Positions 1 through 12,648 of a stretch of DNA of 64,000 bases are shown here, one piece after another. This DNA comes from Eledone cirrhosa (Eukaryota). The notes below the pieces were generated by a model. The model had not been told where the DNA came from. It searched no databases and saw only the letters and a list, made by a program, of their open reading frames with translations. How positions within the stretch are numbered: position 1 is the stretch's first letter; the number at the start of each line of letters is the position of its first letter. A program made the translations under genes and the position numbers. The stretch is taken from assembly GCA_964016885.1 (NCBI GenBank), contig OZ024744.1, positions 97,774,001-97,838,000 on the forward strand, read 5' to 3'.

Positions 1-119
1 AAGGAGGTACTGCAAAATATCTTGCGAAATAAGACTCAAGTTAGTCACCTGCATATCCGCTATTCATATTGTGGCCCCACACACAATGGATAACGTAGCT
101 GTATTGTAATTAACTACTG

Positions 120-310
120 TGTGAATTGGCAATATCGGTAGAGAGTTGGACGCCATGCTTTCCAGCATAGAGTTACGTCCCTTTACGGTCTGAGTTCAAA
201 TCCCGCCGAGGTTAACTTTGCTTTTCATCCTTACGAGGTCGATAAAATAAAGTACCAGTAATGTACTGGAATGAGTGGTGGCCTTGTGCCAAAAGTAGAA
301 ATAATTATAA
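120..310 (+). mobile_element. tRNA-derived SINE, family 1 (representative of about 30 copies in the window)
   Basis: A-box-like TGGCAATATCGG and B-box GAGTTCAAATCC, core CTTTCATCCTTACGRGGTCGATAAAATAAAGTACCAG, tail GGCCTTGTGCCAAAAGTAGAAA then (ATT)n. Further full or partial copies at ~322, 528, 660, 5938, 7240, 10955, 12022, 17180, 26960, 27738, 27972, 29460, 30245, 30326, 36820, 37287, 40787, 42097, 43752, 46077, 46818, 47285, 48588, 49508, 50022, 50904, 53688, 62614, 62835, 63750. Confidence 0.9.
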
Positions 311-444
311 TTAACTACTGTGTGAATTGGCAGTATCGGTAGAGTGTTGGACGCCATGCTTTCCAGCATAGAGTAACGTCCCTTTACGGTCTGAGTTCAA
401 ATCCCGCTAGTAATGTACTGAGGTAGACACAATTATAATCAACT

Positions 445-902
445 ACGGTATTTCTCGGTGTTGAAGACGCTACTTTTCCCCTAAAATAAGTCTCAAAAAT
501 CTACCATACGTCCTGGAGGCTGAAGGATGTTTCAAATCCCGCCGAGGTTAACTTTGCCTTTCATCCTTACGGGGTCGATAAAATAAAGTACCAGTAATAC
601 ACTGATTTAATTGCTGGCCTTGTGCCAAAAGTAGAAACAATTATTACTCTTTTACGAAAGGGCGGTGAATTGCCAGTATCGGTAGAGGCTCGGACGCCAT
701 GCTTTCTAGCATAGTTACGTCCCTTGTACCAAAAGTAGAAACAATTACTACTCTTTTACCTGTTCCAGCCATCCGGCTGAGGCTATGCAGGGGCATTATT
801 ATTATTATTATTATTATTTTTTTTTTTTTCTCGAATTTTTGGTTGTCATAATTAGGGTGCGGCCTCGAGGACGAAGCGTCTTCGGCGCCGGGAAATACGG
901 TA
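445..902. mobile_element. Tc1/mariner-pogo-type MITE interrupted by SINE pieces
   Basis: Termini TACGGTATTTCTCGG...CCGGGAAATACGGTA flanked by TA. Internal sequence is shared with the copy at 42536-42681. Confidence 0.6.
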
Positions 903-1290
903 CTTCAAATGCAAAGATGCTCTACAAAGGAACAACTATAGAGATATAAAACTGATGGATCAAGTTATGAAAGTAGTAGAAAGGGATTTACACGATTGCA
1001 TGATTGATTAGGAATGGAATTAGATAAGAAAAAATGCAGTTTGATTTGTCACAGAATGGAAAAAAAAAAAAATGATGGCTTCTTTCTGGTCAGACAACTG
1101 CAAGAGGTTTCTAGCTAACATTCATTGATCTGCAGAAGGTCATTGACAGAATGTCATACACTGAAACCTGGTGAGTCTTAAGAAAACTTGACACAGATGA
1201 ATGGTTTGTGAGAGTAGTACAAACCATGTTTAGTGGTAGATGTCCCAGTAAAATGAGAATTGGCAATGAGTTCAATGAAAAATTTAAGTC
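903..1290 (+). pseudogene. Degenerate RTE-clade LINE reverse transcriptase fragment
   Basis: Translates to KDALQRNNYRDIKLMDQVMKVVER...MQF...LVRQLQE...EWFVRVVQTMF, with frameshifts. Confidence 0.75.
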
Positions 1291-1668
1291 GGCCTATAAC
1301 TTTTTAGCCGACCCTCGTATGTGTGTGAACGTGTGTGTGCATGTGTGTATATATGTATATGTGTATATGTGTATATGTGTATGTGTGTGTGTGTGGGGGG
1401 GGGGTGTATGTGTGTATGCGTGAGTGTGTATGTGTGTGTGGTGTTGTGTTGTCTTTTTTTTTTTTTTAATGCTATTCAACATTTGAATAGGTCATTTAAT
1501 AAAGCTTGTCGACATTGTTAACTGGGAGTCATGAGGTTGTCTGTTCGGTAAATTAGCAATACCGTATCTTATGACTAATTGTTACAAACTATATTTATAA
1601 TCATGGCATTAAAAGTGTTAATGACGCTGTTTAATTGCAGCCGACTTCGTAGGGCTGGCTTCATCGTG

Positions 1669-1740
<72 letters not shown>

Positions 1741-1764
1741 TTTTAATATGTACACACAGACACG

Positions 1765-1849
<85 letters not shown>

Positions 1850-1867
1850 CTGTGTGTGTGTACATAT

Positions 1868-1936
<69 letters not shown>

Positions 1937-1940
<4 letters not shown>

Positions 1941-2050
1941 GCGCCAAATGTAGGTTTGTGTCGGCTGATTGAAAACACATATTTGTTTTGAAAGACTTAT
2001 TTTTCAGTGACTTCTCAATCAGCCGACACAAACCTACATTTGGCGCAAAA
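1937..2050. repeat. Perfect 36-bp inverted repeat with 42-nt spacer
   Basis: TTTTGCGCCAAATGTAGGTTTGTGTCGGCTGATTGA (1937-1972) and its exact reverse complement (2015-2050). Confidence 0.9.
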
Positions 2051-2385
2051 TCAATTTTTAACATTCACATGACCTCTACCGACCAATCAAAATTGTTTTG
2101 ACCACAAGAATTTTTGCAACACGAATTGGCGCGAAACTTATTTTAATACATCTGGAGCCACTTTTTTCACATAAAACAGGTAGAATTTCCAAAACTAATC
2201 AGATTAGAGCAAACATCACGGGCACTCTATCTCAAAATTATTTTTGAAAAGCATTAGAAATGCGCAACCGGTAAAAACTTAAAACCAAAACTGAATACTA
2301 ACCAATACTATTACTAATTTTTACTTATTCCTAATTAAACTATTTTTCACTGTGAACAATTTGTCAGCATTTTCTTTTCCGTTTA

Positions 2386-2439
<54 letters not shown>

Positions 2440-2784
2440 CGTGTGTGTGTGTGTGTATATGTATATATGCATATATATATACTGTATATATGAATACCAT
2501 GAGCTTGTCAGGTACGTAAGTCTGATATTTGATTTCGGATTCATAGAAACACTTTAAACGTATAATATTTGATTTGTCCAGGTGTATTTTTTCAACCTGT
2601 TAGTTCTATCGTTACTTTGGTATTGTGTGTTAGATTTTGCCTACCACAATGTTAGATTTGTGAAACTATTTAGACGTATGTTATTACTCTGAGGACCTAC
2701 CTTGTCGAGTGCTTTGCTAACTCATTCATATCGTAGGTCGAATTTGCTTGCACACCGCCAAAGATTCGATTTTACTAAACCTCC

Positions 2785-2929
<145 letters not shown>

Positions 2930-3220
2930 TATATAAATATAATTTCAGCGAGATCGGATTTCGGCTGTGGTCGAAAACAAAGCGAAACGCAATATCCGAG
3001 TTATGCTGCCAAGCGTTCCATGGACCAAATAAAGACTAGAGCAATAAACATAGGTTATAAAGGCCAAACAAACTGAGATGGTGGTCAAGACGCCATCAAC
3101 CACCTAAGCCAAAGAAACGAGGCAAGCCAAACATATCTTATGTGATATTATACTCTGCTCTGTAAGAGCATCGAGTGTTCAAACGGCCACCGCATACGGA
3201 CGCTTTAAGCATCCCACACC

Positions 3221-3285
<65 letters not shown>

Positions 3286-3286
<1 letters not shown>

Positions 3287-3415
3287 CGAAGGAGGTGTGG
3301 TAAGGAACCAGATGGACCATAACGCACCAGCGTACTCAATACTTAGGGTAGTAGAGTGGGTAATAGGAAAATGTTTGATCCCGACGGCAGAGCTCAAGCC
3401 GTTGGGGTCAAACAT
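3286..3415. mobile_element. Short (TA)n-embedded repeat family, probable PLE terminal fragment
   Basis: GTGGTAAGGAACCAGATGGACCATAACGCACCAG.GTACTCAATACTTAGGGTAGTAGAGTGGG recurs at ~14800-14930, 21400-21583, 41636-41840 and 43180-43292, always abutting (TA)n. Confidence 0.65.
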
Positions 3416-3416
3416 T

Positions 3417-3457
<41 letters not shown>

Positions 3458-3540
3458 GTCTGCGTGTGTGGTGTGTGTGTGTGTATGTGCGCGCGCGCGC
3501 GTGTGTGTATATATATATATTTATTTATTTATATATTTAA

Positions 3541-3654
3541 TATAGAAATGGCTTCTAGAGGACTAGAACAGTTTCATTCGGAACAAATCATCAGGAAGCC
3601 CTGATGATTTCTCCCGAATGAAACAGTTCTAGTCCTGTAGAAACCATTTCTATA
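3541..3654. repeat. Fold-back element with a hammerhead-like core on each arm
   Basis: About 55-bp imperfect arms. + arm reads CTGATGA-TTTC TCCC GAAT-GAAA-CAG-TTC, - arm reads CTGATGA-TTTG TTCC GAAT-GAAA-CTG-TTC. Stem I is not evident. Confidence 0.7.
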
Positions 3655-3725
3655 ATAAAAATGTATACTCTGCTATGTATTGAGTACCTTACTTACTGTG
3701 GTTACCCCGATTGAACCCGGAATAA

Positions 3726-3782
<57 letters not shown>

Positions 3783-3906
3783 GGGTGTGTGTCTTTTTCT
3801 CTCCCTCCTTGTCACACTCTCTCCCGTTCTCTCTCCCTATCTATCAATCTATCTCTATCCCTCCATCTTTCTCCCACTGTCACTATTTCTCTATCTATCT
3901 AATTAT

Positions 3907-4590
3907 CTATTTCCTCTGAAAGGCCGCACACATCTGCTGCGGCTCACGTATCACGCGTCCGTTTTGGTCCTTCAAAGACCGAATCGTGGACTTGTTGCCA
4001 CTTTTTGCCTCCGTCACTCGGGCCCAGCTAACAGCTTTGGCTCCCTCGTTTCCCAGAGCACGTATTTTGCTTCTGAAAACGCAGCCCTCGTGCTTTGCGT
4101 CGAAGAACTGGTCCAACGCCGTTCTCGTTGCTAGCACGCTGGCTACGTTGCCACTTCTAATTGCCTCTTCTACTTTATCTACCAGTTCCTTCTCGGTTCT
4201 ATTTCTATCTAACGCTAATTCTTTACTAAAAACTAACGAGTCTAATCTAACTGCCCTCTTGAGAGAGTACCACCATCTGTTGTTGACAATGGCCCTTGTC
4301 AAGTGCTGTTTAACTAAAGTGCTAATCCGTCTACTGTAGGCTTTGCATGTCGGTAACGACAAGTTCAGCTTCCAGTAGCCGGGTCCTTGTCTATGGATTC
4401 TATCAAGGTTGACCATGCAGGTCACTAGTTTGTGATCTGAATAGGCAACCATGAACATTTATGGACAGCTTAACATGTCCCTATCCTTATTTCTAACTAG
4501 AACCCTATCTAGGTACGATCTAGATGTTCCGCTACGATTAGTCCACGTCCACAGTGGCACAGTCGGAAAATCTAGTTGATATCTCCTGGG
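3907..4590 (-). mobile_element. Tx1/L1-clade LINE ORF2 fragment (end of APE endonuclease plus linker), inverted segment
   Basis: SDHKLV and GPGYWKLNLS motifs, followed by I.SLKDQNG. Confidence 0.85.
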
Positions 4591-4599
4591 TCAAGCAAA

Positions 4600-5575
4600 G
4601 ACCGAGGAAAATGGACGACTGGCACATCGAATGTGCTCAGGCGCTCACAGCCCTCTGGTAGACGTACCCGGCGATCAGTGGAGACTCCACTTCGTCATTC
4701 TATAGAGGGTTGATCCGCAGCAAGTGCGACGACGTGCTCGGTGAAACTCTAGGCGTAGAGGAAGACGAACTGGCCAGTCTGTTCGGTAGGACCTTCCGCC
4801 CGGGACCGATGGACAACTTCCAAAAGTCCCTGGCCTGGCAGTGCTACCGAGGAGCTCTACCAGTTCGTGACAAGCTCTACAGACATGGGCGCCCGGGCAG
4901 GGACCCTGTAAAAAAGATCTGTCCGAGGTGTGTGCGAGACGAAGAAACCGTCGCGCACGCATTCATACACTGCCCGGGCGTCACCGACCTGTGGGGCTAT
5001 GTGGAACGACTATTGTCGCGAGTGGGACCAATCCGGTTGACCACCGAGTCCTTTGTCATGATCAAACCGCCACCCTCCTTCAAAAACGAAGGAGAGGCGG
5101 TTTTCCTTTGTGTGATAGCTATGGCGAAAGAGGTTGTATGGTGGACGAGGTTGAAAGGGCTGAGGTCAGACACCTTTCTCTCCGGCCAACAACTGATCCT
5201 TTTTTTCAAATACCACTTTGGAAGAAGAATCAGGATGGAGAGAGAGGTGCTGTACCCCTGCAAGTTTTATGAAAGGTGGGTGAAAGTGGCGAGAATGGCC
5301 CGAGTGAATGGGCATTCTCTCTATATCAGCCTGTAGGTTGAAGAAAAAGAGAAGGAGAGGAAAGGAGTACAAACTCTTCGTACTCCTGGAGATGAGGGTT
5401 GCACATTTTTTTTCGGGGGTATGTGTTACCGATATGAACTGTCTCCCTCTATTGGGGAAAATTGACTAATTTTTAATTACATTTGTGATAATATTTTAGA
5501 CATTTTTATTGTATGTAAACTTCCCCCTTTGTATTTGTCCCCTTCTTTTGTGGCCTTGTGGCTAATAAAGAAACA
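4600..5575 (+). mobile_element. Tx1/L1-clade LINE ORF2 C-terminus (zf-RVT) and 3' UTR
   Basis: ORF 4710-5336 contains W...RGALPVR...CPRC...ETVAHAFIHC. The 3' end reads GGCCTTGTGGCTAATAAAG. Confidence 0.85.
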
Positions 5576-5619
5576 TATCTATCTTTCTCTCCATCACTCT
5601 TTCCCTCACTCCCTCCTTC

Positions 5620-5681
<62 letters not shown>

Positions 5682-5811
5682 TGTCACAGTCTCTCCCACT
5701 CCCACTCCCACTCCCTCTCTTTTTCACTCTCTCTCTCTCCCTCTTGCCACCCTCTCTATCTCTCTCTTTCTTTTCTTGGACATCCGAGTGTTTTCAACAT
5801 TGAGCGTTCCA

Positions 5812-6750
5812 GTTGAGTATTCCACAGACACGTGTATCTTTAAGGTAATTCTCAGAGAGATTCACTACGTCACCGTGTGTGACAAGGCTGGCCCAATGAA
5901 TTACAGGTACAGTTCATGTATTATAATGTCAGTGGCTGGGGCGGTGGATTGGCAGTATCGGTAGAGAGTCGGAGGCCATGCTATGCAACATGGAGTCATG
6001 GCCCTTTATCGTCTAAGTTCAAATCCCGCAAATATTAACTTTGCCTTTCATCTTTACGGGGGTCGGTAAAATAAAATACCAGTAATGCACTGGGGTCGAT
6101 TTAATCAACTTTACCCTCCCCCCAAATTGCTGGCCTTGTGCCTATATAAGAAACCTTTATAATGTCAGTGGCTGAGTATTCCACACACACGTGTATTCTT
6201 AACGTAATTCTCAGGGAGATTCAGTACGACACCGTATGTGACAAGGCTGGTCCAATGAATTACAGGTACAATTCATGTTGTATTATAATGTCAGTGGTTC
6301 GATAAAATAAAGTACCAGTAATCTACTGAGTAATTGCTGGCCTTGTGCCAAAAGTAGAAACAATTATAATTGTTTCTACTTTTGGCACAAGGCCAGTAAT
6401 TACCCAGTGCATTACTGGTACTTTATTTTATCGACCCCGTAAGGATGAAAGGCAAAGTCAACCTCGGCGGGTTGACTTTGCCTTTCATCCTTACGGGGTC
6501 GATAAAATTATAGAAACAATTATAATGTCAGTGGCTGAGTATTCCACACACACGTGTATTCTTAACGTAATTCTCAGGGAGATTCAGTACGACACCGAGT
6601 GTGACAAGACTTGTGCAATGAATTACAAATACAGTCCATGTTGTATTATAATGTCAGTGGCTGATAATTCCACAGACACGTGTATCTTTAACGTAATTCT
6701 CAGCGAGACACAATGTGTATGAGAAGGCTGAACTTAACTCTATTGAATTA
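5812..6750 (+). repeat. Four copies of a ~125-bp interspersed unit interleaved with SINE1 pieces
   Basis: GTGGCTGAGTATTCCACAGACACGTGTA...GTGACAAGGCTGG.CCAATGAATTACAGGTAC at ~5812, 6168, 6531 and 6657. Confidence 0.75.
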
Positions 6751-6864
6751 CACACACCCTCCATCTGACGAGCCCCCAAACAGTTCCCATCTACCCAATT
6801 CCATTCTCAAGACGTGGGTCAACTTGAAGATACCACACTGCGTGATCAGGTACAGGACTTAAAG

Positions 6865-7190
6865 CTGTAGCGTGCAGAGGTGGCGGGAACGGTGCGTTGG
6901 CCCCGGGCATCCTTTGGATGGGGACATCATTTGGGGAAAAGAACTTAATAAATTTGATTGATTTATATTAAAATCGAATAAAGCGTTTATTTCATGTTTC
7001 ATCTGTGTTTATATATTTAAAATATTTTCCTTTCTCATAATATTTCTCAGCATATTAGGCCTTATACTTGAGTCTTTGGGGCATTAGGCCTTATACTTGA
7101 GTCTTTGGGGGCATTAGGCCTTATACTTGAGCCTTTGGGGCATAAAATCAAGATTTACTCGGGGCATCACCAGAGCTCTGCACGCCGCAG
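6865..7190. mobile_element. hAT-type MITE
   Basis: TIR CTGTAGCGTGCAGAG / CTCTGCACGCCGCAG with 8-bp TSD ACTTAAAG/ACTTGAAG. Internal ~30-bp unit repeated three times. Confidence 0.7.
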
Positions 7191-7454
7191 ACTTGAAGTG
7201 AACTTCTTAACCATTTGTACAATGATAAATAAATAATAAGTGTTTCTACTTTAGACACAAGACCAGTAATTTGAAGAGGGGAGGAAAGTTGATTAATCGA
7301 CCCCAGTGCATCACTAGTACTTTATTTTATCGACCCCGTAAGGATGAAAGGCAAAGTTAACCTCGGCAGGATATGAACTCAGAGCGTAAAGGGTCACAAC
7401 TCTATGCCACTAAGCATATTGTCCGACGCTCTACCGACTCTGCCAATCTACTGT

Positions 7455-7642
7455 GGAGGGTAGGCTGAAAAGTTCATAGGCTCACTATGAAGGAGTGATG
7501 CTAGAGCAGTGAAATCTCACATGTATTAATTTCAACACTTCTTTTTAATTGTTTCATTCCAGGGACTATGTTGAAAAATAAACCTCATTTAGTCATTCCA
7601 TGGGAGTATCTTGGTCAGCCTATGAACTTATCAGCTGTCCTT
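7455..7642. mobile_element. Mariner-type MITE
   Basis: TIR GAGGGT.GGCTGAAAAGTTCATAGGCT / AGCCTATGAACTT.TCAGC. Related ends at 1290-1319, 39945-40188 and 59810-60092. Confidence 0.75.
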
Positions 7643-7914
7643 CTTAATATTGAAAATTTCTTTATAATACCTGCCAGGATATATAATAGTTCTCCTTCCT
7701 ATCTACTCAATTTCACTCATAAAACATGGGTTGACCTGAAGCTATGGTAAATGACATGGGTCCCCCTGAAGCTATGGTTAATGACACTTGCCTAAGATGT
7801 CACACAGTGGTATTGAACCTGAGACCTAATGATGGCAGAGTGAACCTCTAAAACATTCAGCCATGTTACATTTATATGTAAAACTATCAGCCATTAATGG
7901 TGTAAAGAGAAGGA

Positions 7915-9597
7915 AAAGTAACTCAAGATACTTGCCGAAGACACCACACAGTGAGGTCACAGCTGTTACTGGTATAAGGAGAGTAACAATAACTCAAGAT
8001 ACTTGCCCAAGACACCACACAGTGAGGTCACAGCTGTTACTGGTATAAGGAGAGTAACAATAACTCAAGATACTTGCCCAAGACACCACACAGTGAGGTC
8101 ACAGCTGTTACTGGTATAAGGAGAGTAACAATAACTCAAGATACTTGCCTAAGACACCACACAGTGAGGTCACAGCTGTTACTGGTATAAGGAGAGTAAC
8201 AAAAACTCAAGATACTTGCCCAAGACACCACACAGTGAGGTCACAGCTGTTACTGGTATAAGGAGAGTAACGATAACTCCAGATACTTGCCTAAGACACC
8301 ACACAGTGAGGTCACAGCTGTTACTGGTATAAGGAGAGTAACAATAACTCAAGATACTTGCCTAAGACACCACACAGTGAGGTCACAGCTGTTACTGGTA
8401 TAAGGAGAGTAACAGTAACTCAAGATACTTGCCCAAGACACCACACAGTGAGGTCACAGCTGTTACTGGTATAAGGAGAGTAACAGTAACTCAAGATACT
8501 TGCCTAAGACACCACACAGTGAGGTCACAGCTGTTACTGGTATAAGGAGAGTAACAGTAACTCAAGATACTTGCCCAAGACACCACACAGTGAGGTCACA
8601 GCTGTTACTGGTATAAGGAGAGTAACAATAACTCCAGATACTTGCCTAAGACACCACACAGTGAGGTCACAGCTGTTACTGGTATAAGGAGAGTAACAAT
8701 AACTCAAGATACTTGCCTAAGACACCACACAGTGAGGTCACAGCTGTTACTGGTATAAGGAGAGTAACAGTAACTCAAGATACTTGCCTAAGACACCACA
8801 CAGTGAGGTCACAGCTGTTACTGGTATAAGGAGAGTAACAGTAACTCAAGATACTTGCCCAAGACACCACACAGTGAGGTCACAGCTGTTACTGGTATAA
8901 GGAGAGTAACAGTAACTCAAGATACTTGCCCAAGACACCACACAGTGAGGTCACAGCTGTTACTGGTATAAGGAGAGTAACAGTAACTCAAGATACTTGC
9001 CCAAGACACCACACAGTGAGGTCACAGCTGTTACTGGTATAAGGAGAGTAACAGTAACTCAAGATACTTGCCCAAGACACCACACAGTGAGGTCACAGCT
9101 GTTAATGGTATAAGGAGAGTAACAGTAACTCAAGATACTTGCCTAAGACACCACACAGTGATATCACAGCTGTTACTGGTATAAGGAGAGTAACAATAAC
9201 TCAAGATACTTGCCCAAGACACCACACAGTGAGGTCACAGCTGTTACTGGTATAAGGAGAGTAACAATAACTCAAGATACTTGCCTAAGACACCACACAG
9301 TGAGGTCACAGCTGTTACTGGTATAAGGAGAGTAACAATAACTCAAGATACTTGCCCAAGACACCACACAGTGAGGTCACAGCTGTTACTGGTATAAGGA
9401 GAGTAACAGTAACTCAAGATACTTGCCCAAGACACCACACTGTGGGATCACAGTTGTTAATGGTATAAGGAGAGTAACAATAACTCCAGATACTTGCCTA
9501 AGACACCACACAGTGAGATCACAGCTGTTAATGGTATAAGGACAGTAACAATAACTCAAGATACTTGCCCAAGACACCACACAGTGAGATCACAGCC
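7915..9597. repeat. 71-bp minisatellite, ~23.5 near-identical copies
   Basis: Unit AACTCAAGATACTTGCCYAAGACACCACACAGTGAGGTCACAGCTGTTACTGGTATAAGGAGAGTAACART. Confidence 0.95.
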
Positions 9598-9794
9598 AGA
9601 ACTTAATGAGTGTGAAACTGTTTTTTTTTAAAACCAGCCAGCAATGCTATGTTCACATGTTATGCTATCAGCCATTATTGATGTTAGGAGAAGGAAAGAA
9701 AAATAACTGGGGCTATGGTAAATGACATTTACTTAAGTCATCACAGAGTAAGTTAATACCCAGGATGTAATGATTGCAAGGTGAACCTTTAAAC

Positions 9795-10084
9795 CAGGCA
9801 TGGGTAACCTTTTTCGAGAAGCGGGCCGCATGAGTTATGGCACATCATCAGGCGGGCCACAAGCGCTAATTTACATTTGTGCCCACATTAAAAAAAGGGT
9901 GGTAACTCAGGTTGTTTTGATTTGTTTCTTCAGAATTCGTATATGTTGTTTTCCTCGTTCTTAAAAATGATAGAAAGATAAATTACGACTGAAAAGTTGG
10001 GGTAAAAAAATCAGAAAGATTTCACTTAGGTGACTTAGGTGAGCCATTCAGAAAGCTTCGCGGGCCGCAGGTTGCCCATGACTG
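9795..10084. mobile_element. hAT (Charlie-like) MITE
   Basis: TIR CAGGCATGGGTAACC / GGTTGCCCATGACTG with 8-bp TSD CTTTAAAC/GTTTAAAC. Confidence 0.8.
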
Positions 10085-10782
10085 GTTTAAACCATTCAGC
10101 CATGCTATGTTATCAGCCATTCTGATGTAAAGTAAGAAAGGTAGCTGAAAAGCTATGGTAAATGACATTTGCCCAAGATAGTATACAAGGGGGTTGAACT
10201 CGGGACTTAATAATTACGAAGCAGACTTCTTAACCATTCGACCATGTTGTGTCCACATTGGTGTTGTGACATATAATTCTAAGCTAGGGGGCAGGCGTGA
10301 GGGAATGCCACACAGAAAAAAAAGGGGGAATGTAAAAAGAAAGGCTATGAAAACGTGAAAATGGGTGTTATTTATATTAATAAACAAATGTTATTCTGTG
10401 AACCCTAAAAACTATTTAAGTGTAGAATGACTTCACAAATACACACTTCATAGATTTAATCATTACTTTAATGCTTTCTCAATGTGTTTTCCTTAATTTA
10501 TTCAATGCGCGAATCCCCAAAGGCTTTGACTGAACTCCTCACGTGGAAGCAATCAGTTTAATTAACAAGAAACTTGGCTTTGGATTAGAAAAAAAAGAAT
10601 ATATCGGAAGCATACGTATTAAGTTATCCATTATTTTTTATATTGTTTCTTTTTTTTTTATTTTGATTTTTTTTTGTTTTTTTTTTGTTTATTTATTTTT
10701 TCTATGTTTTTTTTTTGTTGCTTTTACGGGCTAATTAACGACCACTTGAGGTAATAGATTCAGGATTATATTCTGTTCACGC

Positions 10783-10826
<44 letters not shown>

Positions 10827-11145
10827 CCACCACAACCACCATGAACAAAAACAACAATAACAATAACGACTATTACAGCAGTAACAACAACGAAAACGGC
10901 AAAAACAACGACGACGACGAAGACGACGAAAACGACGGCAAAAGTAACAACAACAATAATTGTTTCTACTTTAGGCACAATGCCAGCAATTACCCAGTGT
11001 ATTACTGGTACTTTATTTTATCGACCCCCGTAAGGATGAAAGGCAAAGTCAACTTCGGCGGGATTTGAACTCAGACCGTAAAGGGACGTAACTATGCTAG
11101 AAAGCATGGCGTCCGACCCTCTACTGAAACTGCCAATCCACCGCC

Positions 11146-11245
11146 ATACAACAACAATAATAACAATAACAACTACTACTTCAGCAACAACAACAGCAAC
11201 GTCAACAACATCGACAACAGCAAAAATAACAACAACGCCAACATC

Positions 11246-11277
<32 letters not shown>

Positions 11278-11581
11278 GGACAACGACGGCAAAAATAACA
11301 ACACTAACAATAATAACAACAACAATAACAACAATGTCATCATCAACAACAACAACATCAACAACAATAACAACAATGTCAACATCATCAACAACAACAA
11401 CAACAACAACAATAACAACAATGTCAACATCATCAACAACAACAACAACAACAACAACAAAGACGACGACGACAACGACGGCAAAAATAACAACAACAAT
11501 AATAACTACTTCAACAGTAACAACGACGTTTACAACACCAACAACGACAACAACAACAGCAACAACAACAACAGCAGCAAC

Positions 11582-11650
<69 letters not shown>

Positions 11651-11716
11651 AACAACAACAACGCTATCAACAGCAGCAACAACAACGACGACGGCAACAC
11701 CAACAAGAACTACAAT

Positions 11717-11747
<31 letters not shown>

Positions 11748-11888
11748 CTAACAACAACAACAAAAACAACAACAACAACAACGACAACGACGACGGTAGC
11801 AACAACAACAACAACATCTACAACAAAACCACCAACAAACATCTACAACACCAACACCAACAACAACAACAACAGCAGCAACACCACC

Positions 11889-11920
<32 letters not shown>

Positions 11921-12005
11921 CACCAACATCTACAACACCACCACCACCACCAACAACAGTAACAACAACAACACCTACCACAACAACCAGAACAACAACC
12001 ACAAG
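11146..12005. repeat. Cryptic (ACA/CAA/CAC)n trinucleotide expansion
   Basis: Low-complexity tract flanked by SINEs. The Thr-rich ORF starts inside a SINE. Confidence 0.85.
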
Positions 12006-12605
12006 CATGTATACCTAGTATAATAATTGTTTCTACTTTTGGCACAAGGCCACCAATTATCTCAGTGTATTACTGGTACTTTATTTTATCGACTCCGTAA
12101 GGATGAAAGGCAAAGTTAACCTCGGCGGGATTTGAACTCAGACTATAAAGGGCCGTAATTCTTTGCTGCAAAGCATGGCGTCCTCTACCGATGCTGCCAA
12201 TCCACCACCCTTACACAGTATAATATAAAAATATCCACAGTGGGTCGTGACCTGCCACTGAGAAAGGATCATGTCACTCCGAACGCCAAACCACACCCAT
12301 TGTGCTGTGGTATTACAGCCTCATTCTCCATAGTCACACAAGATAGACGAAAACTGCCTGCCGTTATTCCTTTCATACATATATATATATATATATATAT
12401 TTCGTTTCTGAATTTGTTTAGCAAGATTCTTTATCTGAAATCGTGTGTTGAAACCGATATTGTTATACTTTGGGAGGGTCATGTTGCCAATAAGAAACAC
12501 ACGCACCAGTTGCTTTCACTTCAATTTATTATAATAAATTTATAATAAATTTATAAATTTCTGGTTGGTTGGTTGGTTCCACAACCAGATAGTTGTTTAT
12601 ATATT

Positions 12606-12648
12606 GTCATAGTTCTTTCGTCACACACTCTGTGACCTCTTCAGTGAC
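12606..12648 (-). ncRNA. Minimal type-I hammerhead ribozyme motif (PLE family A)
   Basis: GTCA-CTGAAGA-G-GTCACA/TGTGAC-GAAA-GAAC-TA-TGAC. Confidence 0.7.

Noticed and set aside
120-215. tRNA genes at SINE heads (also 27355, 39645, 51172)
   Set aside because: A and B boxes are present, but there is no full cloverleaf and each continues into a SINE body.
2688-2750. Hammerhead-like CTGAG-GACCTAC...GTAGGTC-GAAT
   Set aside because: The core is incomplete and there is no stem I or stem III.
7915-9597. Possible CRISPR array (also the 22-, 28- and 110-bp arrays)
   Set aside because: Units are contiguous with no unique spacers, there are no cas genes, and the context is eukaryotic.
11094-12023. 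Mucin-like Thr-rich protein
   Set aside because: The start codon lies inside an antisense SINE, the body is a trinucleotide repeat, and there is no signal peptide or splice evidence.
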